This document shows positions 10,915 through 22,411 of a DNA stretch of 59,346 nucleotides, one piece after another (the first letter of the stretch is position 1; each line of letters begins with the position of its first letter). Origin of the DNA: Octopus bimaculoides (Eukaryota); assembly GCF_001194135.2 (NCBI RefSeq), contig NC_068984.1, positions 119,546,954 through 119,606,299 of the forward strand, read 5' to 3'. The position numbers were made by a program, and so were the translations under genes. The notes under the pieces were generated by a model. The model saw only the letters and a list, made by a program, of their open reading frames with translations, had not been told where the DNA came from and did no database searches.

Positions 10915-12510
10915 TCATCATCATCATCATCATCATCGTTTAACGTCCGCTTTCCATGCTAGCATGGGTTGGACGATTTGACTGAGGACTGGTGAAACCG
11001 GATGGCAACACCAGGCTCCAGTCTGATTTGGCAGAGTTTCTACAGCTGGATGCCCTTCCTAACGCCAACCACTCAGAGAGTGTAGTGGGTGCTTTTACGT
11101 GTCACCCGCACGAAAACGGCCACGCTCGAAATGGTGTCTTTTATGTGCCNNNNNNNNNNNNNNNNNNNNNNNNNNNNNNNNNNNNNNNNNNNNNNNNNNN
11201 NNNNNNNNNNNNNNNNNNNNNNNNNNNNNNNNNNNNNNNNNNNNNNNNNNNNNNNNNNNNNNNNNNNNNNNNNNNNNNNNNNNNNNNNNNNNNNNNNNNN
11301 NNNNNNNNNNNNNNNNNNNNNNNNNNNNNNNNNNNNNNNNNNNNNNNNNNNNNNNNNNNNNNNNNNNNNNNNNNNNNNNNNNNNNNNNNNNNNNNNNNNN
11401 NNNNNNNNNNNNNNNNNNNNNNNNNNNNNNNNNNNNNNNNNNNNNNNNNNNNNNNNNNNNNNNNNNNNNNNNNNNNNNNNNNNNNNNNNNNNNNNNNNNN
11501 NNNNNNNNNNNNNNNNNNNNNNNNNNNNNNNNNNNNNNNNNNNNNNNNNNNNNNNNNNNNNNNNNNNNNNNNNNNNNNNNNNNNNNNNNNNNNNNNNNNN
11601 NNNNNNNNNNNNNNNNNNNNNNNNNNNNNNNNNNNNNNNNNNNNNNNNNNNNNNNNNNNNNNNNNNNNNNNNNNNNNNNNNNNNNNNNNNNNNNNNNNNN
11701 NNNNNNNNNNNNNNNNNNNNNNNNNNNNNNNNNNNNNNNNNNNNNNNNNNNNNNNNNNNNNNNNNNNNNNNNNNNNNNNNNNNNNNNNNNNNNNNNNNNN
11801 NNNNNNNNNNNNNNNNNNNNNNNNNNNNNNNNNNNNNNNNNNNNNNNNNNNNNNNNNNNNNNNNNNNNNNNNNNNNNNNNNNNNNNNNNNNNNNNNNNNN
11901 NNNNNNNNNNNNNNNNNNNNNNNNNNNNNNNNNNNNNNNNNNNNNNNNNNNNNNNNNNNNNNNNNNNNNNNNNNNNNNNNNNNNNNNNNNNNNNNNNNNN
12001 NNNNNNNNNNNNNNNNNNNNNNNNNNNNNNNNNNNNNNNNNNNNNNNNNNNNNNNNNNNNNNNNNNNNNNNNNNNNNNNNNNNNNNNNNNNNNNNNNNNN
12101 NNNNNNNNNNNNNNNNNNNNNNNNNNNNNNNNNNNNNNNNNNNNNNNCTTATGTGTCCATAGCTTGCACCGGGTACATCTTATAGAGTTACTACCTACTC
12201 CTTTTCTACATACTGAGCAGGGCCATCTACCTGAAGGGGTTTGTGTTTTATCTACCTTCCTACTTATTAGGATTTTGGTTTTAGCTAGGTTGACTCTAAG
12301 GCCCTTCAATTCTAGACCTTGCTTCCACACCTGAAACTTCTCCTCTAGTTCTGATAGTGACTCCGCAATTAGGGCAAGGTCATCAGCATAGAGGAGCTCC
12401 CAGGGGCAACCTGTCTTGAACTCCTCTGTGATTGCCTGGAGGACTATGGTAAATAATAGGGGGCTGAGGACGGAACCTTGGTGGACCCCTACCTCTACCC
12501 GGAATTCATT
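10915..12510 (-). mobile_element. RTE LINE, 5'-truncated, spanning an assembly gap
   Basis: Minus strand reads GVHQGSVLSPLLFTIVLQAITEEFKTGCPWELLYADDL...WKQGLELKGLRVNLAKTK...CSVCRKGVGSNSIRCTRCKLWTHK (12490-12150). 3' UTR and (CAT)n tail at 10915-11149. Confidence 0.93.
11150..12147. other. Assembly gap (N run)
   Basis: N bases. Other gaps: 18275-18838, 24225-24329, 36672-37052, 37592-37874, 41963-42139, 52494-52593. Confidence 1.
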
Positions 12511-12810
12511 GCTTGTTTGATAAATACCAAAAACTATGTCGATATTTTATTAGCGACCTCAATTACAATCTGGTCAAAGTTGAGGAAAAATTTCTTGAAA
12601 AAAAAGTACCTGTCATCTGACTATGTTTCGGACTCTCTCAGCTTCAACAACATCTATGCTGACCAATTTTTACTCCTGAATATAATGTAACAATACAAAA
12701 TGATGATACAATACTTGCAATGTAATGATATCAAACGAACAAGGAGAAAATTACCAGAGGTCAGATTACTCATTTTATCCTTCATACTAATTTTGCCCCA
12801 CCACATACAT

Positions 12811-13150
12811 TCTTTTATTTTACTTGTTTTTGTCATTAAAGGCATTTTAGTTCAAGAAATTGATCCCAAGACTTATTCTTTGTATGTCTAGTACTTATTC
12901 TATCGGTCTTTTTTGCCGAACTGCTAAGTTACGGGGATGTAAACACACTAGCATCGGTTGTCAAGTGATGGTGGGGAACACACACACACACATATATATA
13001 TATACGACAAGCTTCTTTCAGTTTCCGTCCACCAAATCCACTCACAAGGCTTTGGTCGGCCCTAGTAGAAGACACTTGCCCAAGGTGCCACGCAGTGGGA
13101 CTGAACCAGGAACTATGTGGTTGGGAAGCAAGTTTCTTACTACACACCCG
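12811..13150 (-). mobile_element. tRNA-SINE family 1
   Basis: Family match; sits at the centre of the giant palindrome. Confidence 0.85.
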
Positions 13151-13745
13151 TATACATGACTTTTTTTTTGCTCTTTATAAGATTTAGCAGAAGTAACAGA
13201 GTAAAGTCGAGATTTCGTGCGTTAACACTTATCAAACTACTTTTCTTGTTTGCATCACTAAATTTGTATGAAGGTGGGGCAAAATGAGTAACTTCTGATT
13301 TTTTCGTTATTCTTACTCTATATATTTCAAATTGTTGTTGTTGTTGAAGTTGAGAGAGTCCGAAACATAGTCAGATAGCAAGTCCTCTTTTTTCAAGAGA
13401 TTTTTCCTTAATCGTGACCAGATTGTAATTAAGGTTACTAATAAAATATCTGGATAATTCGTCAACAGACAACTTACAGACGGACAATTGTTGGTATGGT
13501 GCAGTCATGTTGCCAGACAGCGTGTTTCAGCAGCACAACCTCCTCTAGGCACTTAATGTGGGTCTCCGTGTCGAGTCTGAGACCATGTGGGAATTATCTG
13601 TCGGTCTGGATAATTTTTGGTATTTAACGAACAATAATCTCTTCTCTGTTGGATTCCAGGTCAATTTTATCTCATATTAATGTCTAGTTTGATAATTTTC
13701 AAGTTTCAAAATATGTCTAAAATTGGGTTAAAATGAGTAATGTCC

Positions 13746-13940
13746 AAGTTACGGGGACGTAAATACACCATCAGTTGTCAAGCGATGGAAGGGGGAAAAC
13801 AAATATATATATATATATATATATGGGCTTCTTTTAATTTCCGTCTACCAAATCCATTTGCAAGGCTTTGGTCGGCCCGAGGCCATAGTAGAAGATACTT
13901 TCCCATGGTGCCACAGTGGTACTGAACCCGAAACCATTGG
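13746..13940 (-). mobile_element. tRNA-SINE family 1, partial
   Basis: Family match; interrupts the right arm of the palindrome. Confidence 0.85.
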
Positions 13941-13945
13941 ATATT

Positions 13946-13976
<31 letters not shown>

Positions 13977-14399
13977 GCATTTCTTATTTTTCTGATATCT
14001 AAGGATGAGAATTGATGTGTATGAGTTCGTTTTGTTGAGAATTGAAACAGCAAATTTACATTATCTTTTCTTATTCATTTTGCCCCAGCCAAATTTGTCT
14101 TTCATATGCTGAAAGAGAACGACGATAATTTTCTGAAATGGTGATCAGATTATGTTATAATGCTTTTTAATGCATTTAGGGAGGCCATTTGCTTAGCTAA
14201 TATAATTTCTATAAGGTGGGTGAACATTTGTAAAGAGTATATTTTGTCTGAAAGTCAAAAATGCAGTAAAAACACCTCATTTCCCCCCAGCCCCTATATA
14301 TATCATGGTAATATCTACTCTACAAAAAGTGTTGAGTAATCCTTCAGTTTAATGTAAAATTGTTTTTATTTTAACTTGACATAAAAACAAACATTAATA

Positions 14400-14610
14400 T
14401 GTGCCTCTGTCCCTGACCACCACCACTTGACAACCGGTGTTGATTTGTTTATGTCCCCTTAATCTAGCGGTTCGGGTAAGGATCCAACAGAATAAGTACC
14501 AGCCTTTAAAAGTGAGTACTAGCGGTCGATTCGTTCGACTACAAACCTTCCAAGGTGGTACCCCAGCATGGCCGCAGACCAATGACTAAAAAAAAGTGAA
14601 AATAAAAAAC
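14400..14610 (+). mobile_element. tRNA-SINE family 1, 3' half
   Basis: cttgacaaccggtgttg...agaataagtaccag...ccagcatggccgcagaccaatgact. Confidence 0.8.
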
Positions 14611-14669
14611 CCCACTGTTGTAATATAAAGAAGTTGAACTCTAAGCTTTTTTTTTAAACTTACATCTTT

Positions 14670-14760
14670 ATTGACCAATCAGCGACGTGTAGATATTTAC
14701 TGCATACTTCCATGTTATGACATGCGCAGTACGTATAATGTCAGACATAAAAAGCTAAAC
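14670..14760 (+). promoter_or_regulatory. Candidate HSF proximal promoter
   Basis: CCAAT at 14675-14679, GACGTG at 14684-14689 and ATGCGCA (NRF1-like) at 14722-14728, in the only unique sequence between the last repeat and the HSF start codon. TSS unknown. Confidence 0.45.
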
Positions 14761-14956
14761 ATTGTATTTAGCCATTGTAAATTAATCTCAGTCATTATTA
14801 TTTTTTTTTTCTTGTGTCAAAAAAAAAAAACACTTCAAGGAGTAACTGTATTTATACCAGCTTTACCAAATTGAAAGTAAGACCTACTGGTCCTGCTCCC
14901 AGTAATAAGGAATTTAACCACTTTGGAAAACACTATTTTACCTTTCAAAGTGTTAA

Positions 14957-15076
14957 ATGGTATTGGAAATGTACCCAGCAAACGAAAATAATTCGGGGAC
15001 TGTCCCTGCATTTCTATCCAAACTATGGACGTTAGTGGAAGATCGTGCCTACGATGACTTGATCAGTTGGGGAATG
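14957..15076 (+). CDS. HSF1: Heat shock factor, coding exon 1 (start of the HSF DNA-binding domain)
   Basis: In-frame TAA immediately before the ATG. Translates MVLEMYPANENNSGTVPAFLSKLWTLVEDRAYDDLISWGM, with the HSF signature VPAFLxKLWxLVxD...IxW. Donor GTTAGT at 15077, phase 0. Absent from the ORF track. Confidence 0.95.
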
Positions 15077-15189
15077 GTTAGTATGCTAACTTTTTCGTAA
15101 CTTCTTTGCTGGTAATAGTTTCTATTCCTCGCCCTGTTCTTTTTATTTGTTTTGTTTCAGTGATTGCGTCTGTATTATATATACATACA

Positions 15190-15335
15190 AGCATGGCCGA
15201 ACGATTTAAGAAGTTTGCTCGTTAAACATGAGGTCCTTAGCTCGATCTCGTTGCATGGCACCTTAGACAAGTGTCTTTTATCATAGCCTCGGGTCGACGC
15301 AAGCCTCGTGAGTGAGAGTGGATAGTCGGAAATTG
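15190..15335 (+). mobile_element. Diverged tRNA-SINE family 1, 5' half
   Basis: ttaagaagtttgct...ggcaccttagacaagtgtct...agcctcgggtcgac. Confidence 0.65.
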
Positions 15336-17734
15336 TGTATTTGGTGTGTTATTATTTTTAAATCAAGACCCAATGTGCCATCGCGTCGATTTCTGCCCGA
15401 AAAAATTGCATTAAGAGCACACGAGCATGTAGATTTATCGAATTGGTAGTTCATTTGATCTAACAACTGAATATTTATTGTCGAAACTAACGAAAGATCC
15501 GTGTACTTTACATATACCTATATACATTTTATATATATATAATGTGTGTGTGCACACGCACACCGACACATGTAGAAGGATGGTGCTTTGGTTGCTTGGC
15601 TGATATTCTTGGCAATGATTATTTATTTATTGCTATTCGGATCAGTCTCTAATTTGGCTTGGTGTAGGCTTTTGCACAGCTCGTTCCTATTTCACAAACG
15701 TGGGTGCTGAGTTTCTTAAATCCGAGCAACTTCGCTCCTACACGTGACTCTGTTATGTATATTTACTTGTTTTGGTCAGTTAAAAAAGGAATCTGCTGTA
15801 GATATTTGGTTTCTGCTCGGCAACGTTTGATTTTTTTTTTCTTTTGCGTTTTACTTTGCTTTTAATTGAGATACCTGCTGTTCATCTAACCAGTCGTTTA
15901 AACATACAAACAGGTACCTCCCATTCGTTTGTTAGCCACATGGTGATCCATTACTGTTTTATGAGTGTTCGCTTGTGTGTGTATGTCAGTAGTAATTTGT
16001 AATTTACTCTTTACCGAAATAAGTTTCTGCCGATTACTTCGTTTATAGTATTTTCTCTTAGATTTTCAGTTCGGTTTTAAAATGATTTCGTTAAAACTAA
16101 AGACAAATTACAAGATGAAAAATTTTCTTTCAACAAATATTTAAATATTGAAAATTTTTTTTACAAAAACATATGAAGTGTAATTGTAACGATGAATTCT
16201 CAGAAGTCGTTTAGCTTGATGCTCTTATCTATAAATAACTCACATTTCAAATTGCCGTCATGTTATGATTTGTTTTCACTTGCCTCTTCTGGTTTTTCTT
16301 AATCGATAAAAACAAAAGTATGAGATACTTTAAATACGTTTTATCTTCTCTAGTTTGTAAGATTTTTGTTTAAACTGCATCCAAACAATTATTTTAATTC
16401 GTGGTTTTACTACTAACACATTAGCATTTTGTTTTTCTTCTCTACTTTACCAGTCATTATGAATCAATTATTTTTGCGGAGGAGAGGGTACAAATACATT
16501 TTAAAAGTTTCTAATGGACTTGATCGATGAGATCCATAAAAAGGAAAATTCTATAACTATTTGTTTCTTAGTATTTTGAATGAAAGCACTTGAAAATAGA
16601 CAATTCTTAAGGAAAGTGCAGATGTTTGCAACTTATTAACTGGCCTAGATGCACACACACACACGTGTGTGCTTTGCAACTTATTAGCTAGCACACCTTT
16701 TTCTCTTTCTCCCCTTTCCCCCTCTCTCTCTCTATGTGTGTATGATGTATATACATATATATATATAAAATGAGGGGAAGATTTGTATATTTTCTTTTCA
16801 ATTATATGCAAATTCTAGCTTTTAGGTAAACTTTTTTTTTACATCGTATCATCACAGAATGTGTTATAATGTCAAATTAATTCGAGAGACCCAATAGTAA
16901 TAGTGGCCAGAGTTGATTGCAGTAACAATCGTCCAATCGTGTTATAACATGTGAAGGCCAGCTCTCATTGCCACAAGGCCAACTTCGCTTGCCAATTACT
17001 TCTGTCATCCACATCCATTCGATCTGCTAGAAACAGCAGCCAAATTTCTTTCACGTCATCACATCTTATTAAAGAAAGAGATTACTGAATGATGCAAGTT
17101 GTGGGTAAGCAACGTCTGAAAATATGTTGGAGTGGTCATTAATTGATTTGCTCATTTAGAACTCACCTGTAGCAACGTTTGCTATTTAGCAATCTGTCCT
17201 TAACCTCTATCTTTATCTATTTGCTCAGTTAAATTATTCAAGAAAACCTTTTGTCTTTTATTTGTTTTTGAATATGGAGTTGTCAGATGCCGTATTAAAT
17301 AACATTGAAATCTGTTCTTTAATTTAGAAAATATATCGTTTATAGTCCTTCTATTAAAAAGGAAGGCGTGTGGATGAATATCTTTAAAGAATTGGCTTGT
17401 ATTTAAAAACTTATCTCGTTACTTTTGTTCGTCAGCTCACTTCCTTGTCATGCTGATTGTAACGGATAACAAATTGACAAAGGTGTGAGATCTCAGCGAT
17501 CGCTTAATATGCTGGAAGTAGCAACCTAAACGTCCTCAAACCGCCCTTACCGTCTTTAAATTGGGGAGAACATGTTGGATAATGTATTTTTTTGTCGAGG
17601 ATTCTCAACTTGGGTGTCCATCGTATTGATAGTATATACTAGTAATTGATACATATATTTTTTCAACCTCTTTTTCCCCCCCAATCATTCGCCATGCTGG
17701 ACCGCTGAAATCTACAAGTTTTTTTTTTCGTTTT

Positions 17735-17875
17735 CTCTTTGTTTATTTTCTCTTATTCCTTTCTGTTGAAGAGCATAGGTTCGAAATGTAAAAGACTTTT
17801 CCATGTTTCCCGAGCGTTAAACTAATACACTTGCTTGTTGTTCATACACCTGTCTTCGTCTTTCTATAAATCGCA
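17735..17875 (+). mobile_element. Short repeat, possibly a Penelope-like terminal repeat
   Basis: Same family as 4545-4640; inverted relative to 19335-19500. Confidence 0.5.
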
Positions 17876-17904
17876 ACTACACACACATTGTTTGTTTATA
17901 TATG

Positions 17905-18116
17905 TCTATATACTCTTTACTCTTTTACTTGTTTCAGTCATTTGACTGCGGCTATGCTGGAGCATCGCTTTTAAAGTCGAGCAAATCAACCCCAGAGCTT
18001 ATTCTTTGTAAGCCTAGTACTTATTCTATCAGTTCTTTTGCCGAACCGCTAGGTTACGGGGACGTAAACACACTAGCATCGGTTGTCAAGCGATGTTGGG
18101 GGAGACAAACACACAC

Positions 18117-18148
<32 letters not shown>

Positions 18149-18957
18149 CATCATCATCATCATCGTTTAACGTCCGCTTTCCATGCTAGCATGGGTTGGA
18201 CGATTTGACTGAGGACTGGTGAAACCGGATGGCAACACCAGGCTCCAATCTAAATTTGGCAGAGTTTCTACAGCNNNNNNNNNNNNNNNNNNNNNNNNNN
18301 NNNNNNNNNNNNNNNNNNNNNNNNNNNNNNNNNNNNNNNNNNNNNNNNNNNNNNNNNNNNNNNNNNNNNNNNNNNNNNNNNNNNNNNNNNNNNNNNNNNN
18401 NNNNNNNNNNNNNNNNNNNNNNNNNNNNNNNNNNNNNNNNNNNNNNNNNNNNNNNNNNNNNNNNNNNNNNNNNNNNNNNNNNNNNNNNNNNNNNNNNNNN
18501 NNNNNNNNNNNNNNNNNNNNNNNNNNNNNNNNNNNNNNNNNNNNNNNNNNNNNNNNNNNNNNNNNNNNNNNNNNNNNNNNNNNNNNNNNNNNNNNNNNNN
18601 NNNNNNNNNNNNNNNNNNNNNNNNNNNNNNNNNNNNNNNNNNNNNNNNNNNNNNNNNNNNNNNNNNNNNNNNNNNNNNNNNNNNNNNNNNNNNNNNNNNN
18701 NNNNNNNNNNNNNNNNNNNNNNNNNNNNNNNNNNNNNNNNNNNNNNNNNNNNNNNNNNNNNNNNNNNNNNNNNNNNNNNNNNNNNNNNNNNNNNNNNNNN
18801 NNNNNNNNNNNNNNNNNNNNNNNNNNNNNNNNNNNNNNATCGTCTCTTTTGCACACCATAACTGATGCTTCTAATGTTCAGCTTTTCTCTCAAAATACTT
18901 ACACTCTGACGGGTATTCACATTGACATTACACATCCAACGGAGCATACTGGCTTCC

Positions 18958-18990
<33 letters not shown>

Positions 18991-19142
18991 CGACGAGCTT
19001 CTAGTTTCCGTCTACCAAATCCACTCACAAGGCTTTGGTCGACCCGAGGCTATAGTAGAACACACTTGCCCAAGGTGCCACGCAGTGGGACTGAACCCGG
19101 GACCATGTGGTTGGTAAGCAAGGTACTTACCACACAGCCACT
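17905..19142 (-). mobile_element. tRNA-SINE family 1 split by an RTE insertion
   Basis: SINE 3' half at 17905-18125 and 5' half at 18985-19142 flank the RTE at 18148-18957. Confidence 0.85.
18148..18957 (-). mobile_element. RTE LINE 3' fragment spanning a gap
   Basis: Tail nearly identical to 10915-11045; minus strand EASMLRWMCNVNVNTRQSVSILREKLNIRSI matches the RTE C-terminus at 5550-5660. Confidence 0.9.
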
Positions 19143-19334
19143 CATATATGTTTATATATGTATATATATATGTATATATATATGTATATATGTATATACA
19201 TATGTATGTATATATGTATGTATACATATGTATGTATATACGTGAGGGTAATGATCTTTATCGTGAAATGATTACGTCTGGTGTCATCAGCTTGAAGGAT
19301 ATGTATGTGTATATATATATATATATATATAGTT

Positions 19335-19500
19335 CAAATGTACAGAAAAAAGGGGAAGACAGGTGAAGGAACAACAAGCAGGTGTATAACTTCAACATTC
19401 AGGATGGATGGAAAAGTCTTTGACGTTTCGTGCCTACACTCTTCGACTGAAAAGATTGAAAGGAAAAAATGGAGAGTGAACGAAAAAATGTGTAGATATT
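19335..19500 (-). mobile_element. Short repeat, possibly a Penelope-like terminal repeat
   Basis: Reverse complement of the 17735-17875 family. Confidence 0.5.
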
Positions 19501-19559
19501 AACGGTTCAACCTGATTAAATGACCTAGACATATATGCATATAATACACACCACACACC

Positions 19560-19975
19560 TTTTGTTTCAGTCATTTGACTGCAGCCATGGTGGGGCATCA
19601 CCTCGAAGAGTTTTAGTCAAACAAATCGATCCCAGGACTTATTTTTTTAAAGCCTAGTGCTTATTCTATAGGTCAAACTGTCCAACCCGTGGACAATTTG
19701 ACCCGGAAGGAAGACATTAAATGATGATGATGTCTCTTTTGCCGAACTTTAAGTTACGGGGACGTAAACACACCAGCACCGAATGTTTAGCGGTGGTGGG
19801 ATACAGACAGACAGACTCACACACACACACACACAACTGGCTTCTTTCAGTTTCCGTCTACCAAATCCACTCAAGACTTTGGTCTACCCGACGCTGTAGT
19901 AGAAGACTCTTGCCCAAGGTGTCACACAGTGGAACTGAGCCTAGAACTATGCGGTTGGGAAGCAAGCTTCTTTCC
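19560..19975 (-). mobile_element. tRNA-SINE family 1, near full length
   Basis: Family match with a short internal insertion at ~19675-19730. Confidence 0.85.
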
Positions 19976-22216
19976 ACTCACACACATACATGCGAATATA
20001 AATGGCATATTAATTAGGTGGTTCCTAATGAGAAGAGAAAGTAGGGTTTACATCCATATAAATCTTTCTTCACCATGGTTGGACAAATTTACAGAAGTTC
20101 AAAACTTGGAATCCTATGTTTTCATTCGAGTTTATCTACTCCCTTTTCATTTTTCTCAACCACTCCCTTCCTCGGGGGGGCGGGGAAGTGGTTGTAATTG
20201 CCCCACACACTTCTGTATGAGAAACACTGATTTCGGCTCAAGTCGTTTCGGTCTGATTACCCCCTCTTTCTTATAGGAAGGATTTGAATATCGAAAGCGA
20301 TTTCAACGGGATCTCATTGCTGATTTAGCGAGGTGAATGACCGCTCCAGTGGTTTCCCTGTCCGTTAAAGATCAGCTGTCTAGATCTTGTACACTTTTGA
20401 TACAACGCTTCCTCTGTAAAAGGGCTTTTGTCCGCCTTCTTTTTTTTAGTTTTGATAAAGCAAGAGTTTATTTTTAAACAGTTAAATTAACTGATGATTA
20501 CTTTTCCTTCTATTATCAACTATCGATAATGACACACAAGTCTACCTGATCTTGTATTCATATCGTGAATGCATACTATCTTAACACTATTTTGCATTGA
20601 AGTAGCATTGCGTAATCAGACAATTTCCAACAGTATAGGGCTATGTTGTGTTGTGTGTGAATGTATGTATGTATGCATGTATGTATATTTGTAATGTACA
20701 TATATGTGTATTATCTCGCCCACTTGATTTTATTTTTGACACAAGTGTAGATGACTGATAATTTATCATATTTCTTAACAAGACAAGATGACCGGAATTT
20801 TTATATTAGTTATAGTTGAAAATGTTAAATTTTGTTCACAAATGTCAAGGTGAAAGTTACGCGATAAAATTTGATATAAATAAAAATCTTCACAGAGGTC
20901 TGTCTGTACCAGTGTAAAAATTTGTCAGAAAAATATGTGAATTATCTTTCCTGTTAAATCCTGATCAATCTAGTTTTAAACAATTGTTTTGTTTTTGCTC
21001 AGGTTTCAACTGTTTATTGTTTCAATTTGTTTATTGTAAATAAATATAAGTGTAGACAGAATAAAGTAATTGTTTGATAATTTTGTTATAGTTTTAGTGT
21101 TCTTTTTCTCCTCGTCCTGTTTTTGGAAAGTGATTATTTTATATATGTTTCTGAGTAAATCATTTTGTATATTGCCTTTGTGTGTGATTCTTATTGTTTA
21201 CTAGTTACTCCTGGCCACTGTACAAATTGTACTCAACTAAAATGGGTTTATGAGACACGATGAAGTAGTGTAGGTCCGTGTGTGTGTGTTAATAGCCCTC
21301 AAAAGTTAGTGTGACTTTAGGACTGAGAGTTTCGTGCGTTGGCACTTATCAGTAAGTGTCAACACGCGAAACTCTCTAATACCGATCATTAATAATAATA
21401 ATAATAATAAAAACACGCACATATATACACACTTATTTTGAGTTTTATTTTTCCTGTTTTCATCACCAAACACACGCACATATATGCCTTGTGTTATTAA
21501 CAAAAATTATTTAAAAATACATTTGTAAATTCACTTTTTTTTTGTGTGACAATTATTGAATAGTTCAGCCAAGTATACGTTTTAAATTTTTGTTTGTAAA
21601 CAGCTGGACTGTATTTACCGTCCATGTTGCTTGCAGTAAAAAAATTTTTTAGGCTTGTTCATTGACACTTAACTAGCATTCACGTCTATCTTTTTTGTTC
21701 CTTAAATATGTTATTTTAATAATACCATTTAGACGTGAATACAAATGAAATATTTCAGTGTAAGTTAAATTGACTTATAACTGGATTTAAAATATATTTC
21801 CACGTCACTAATGGCTTTCAAATTTGGTTTTCGTGTTGGATGCCATTAAGTACTTCCGTATTTTTCAGCTAAGTTATTTTTTATCCGTTTGCATCAGATA
21901 GTTTGCAAGATACCAGATGTTATGACATAATAATATTATTACGACATAGTAAGTGCACTCACTGAGTGAGAGCAGCAATTAGCTTTCTTCTGCGATTGTT
22001 TACCAACATTGCTCGCGTTCTCTTGTTTGTTTTGATTAGGCTTTACTTAAATATTGATTTTTATTAACGTTAGCATTTCATCTTAACAAAAGCCTACGTA
22101 ATGCTAAATAATTTCAGATACTGAGTGTGGAAATGGTATTTTAAAATACATAAAGTAGGAAGGAATTCTGTCGTTAGCTGTAATTATAACAGTAGTGGAC
22201 AGCAAATACTTTTTAT

Positions 22217-22411
22217 GGGCAATTTGATTTTATATATATTTTTAATCGAAATCTTTTAATTGACAATAAACCTATTTGTTAAATACTGTTAAATAAATAA
22301 ATGTAAAAATATATGTTATTTTAAGCAAATATTTATGTGTAAATTTCATAAGCGTTTATAAGGGGCTGAAATATAAAGGGGTCCGCAAGTCAAAAAGTTT
22401 GAAAACCCCTG
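22217..22411 (-). mobile_element. hAT-type MITE, truncated copy
   Basis: Reverse complement of 27914-28110; retains one TIR (gtttgaaaacccctg). Confidence 0.9.

Larger units (their letters stand above)
10320..14297. mobile_element. Large foldback (palindromic) DNA element interrupted by younger insertions
   Basis: Inverted matches: 10322-10610 vs 13960-14297, 10810-10914 vs 13635-13741, 12511-12655 vs 13335-13459 plus 13605-13632, and ~12740-12800 vs ~13255-13305. Confidence 0.8.

Noticed and set aside
10992-12334. Long ORFs in the ORF track (also at 18167-19028, 36651-37133, 37426-37968, 41882-42211, 52408-52656)
   Set aside because: They are open only because N runs translate as X; the flanks are RTE fragments or microsatellites.
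14814-15035. 73-aa ORF overlapping the HSF start
   Set aside because: Wrong frame with no recognisable motif; the HSF exon is in another frame and too short for the track.
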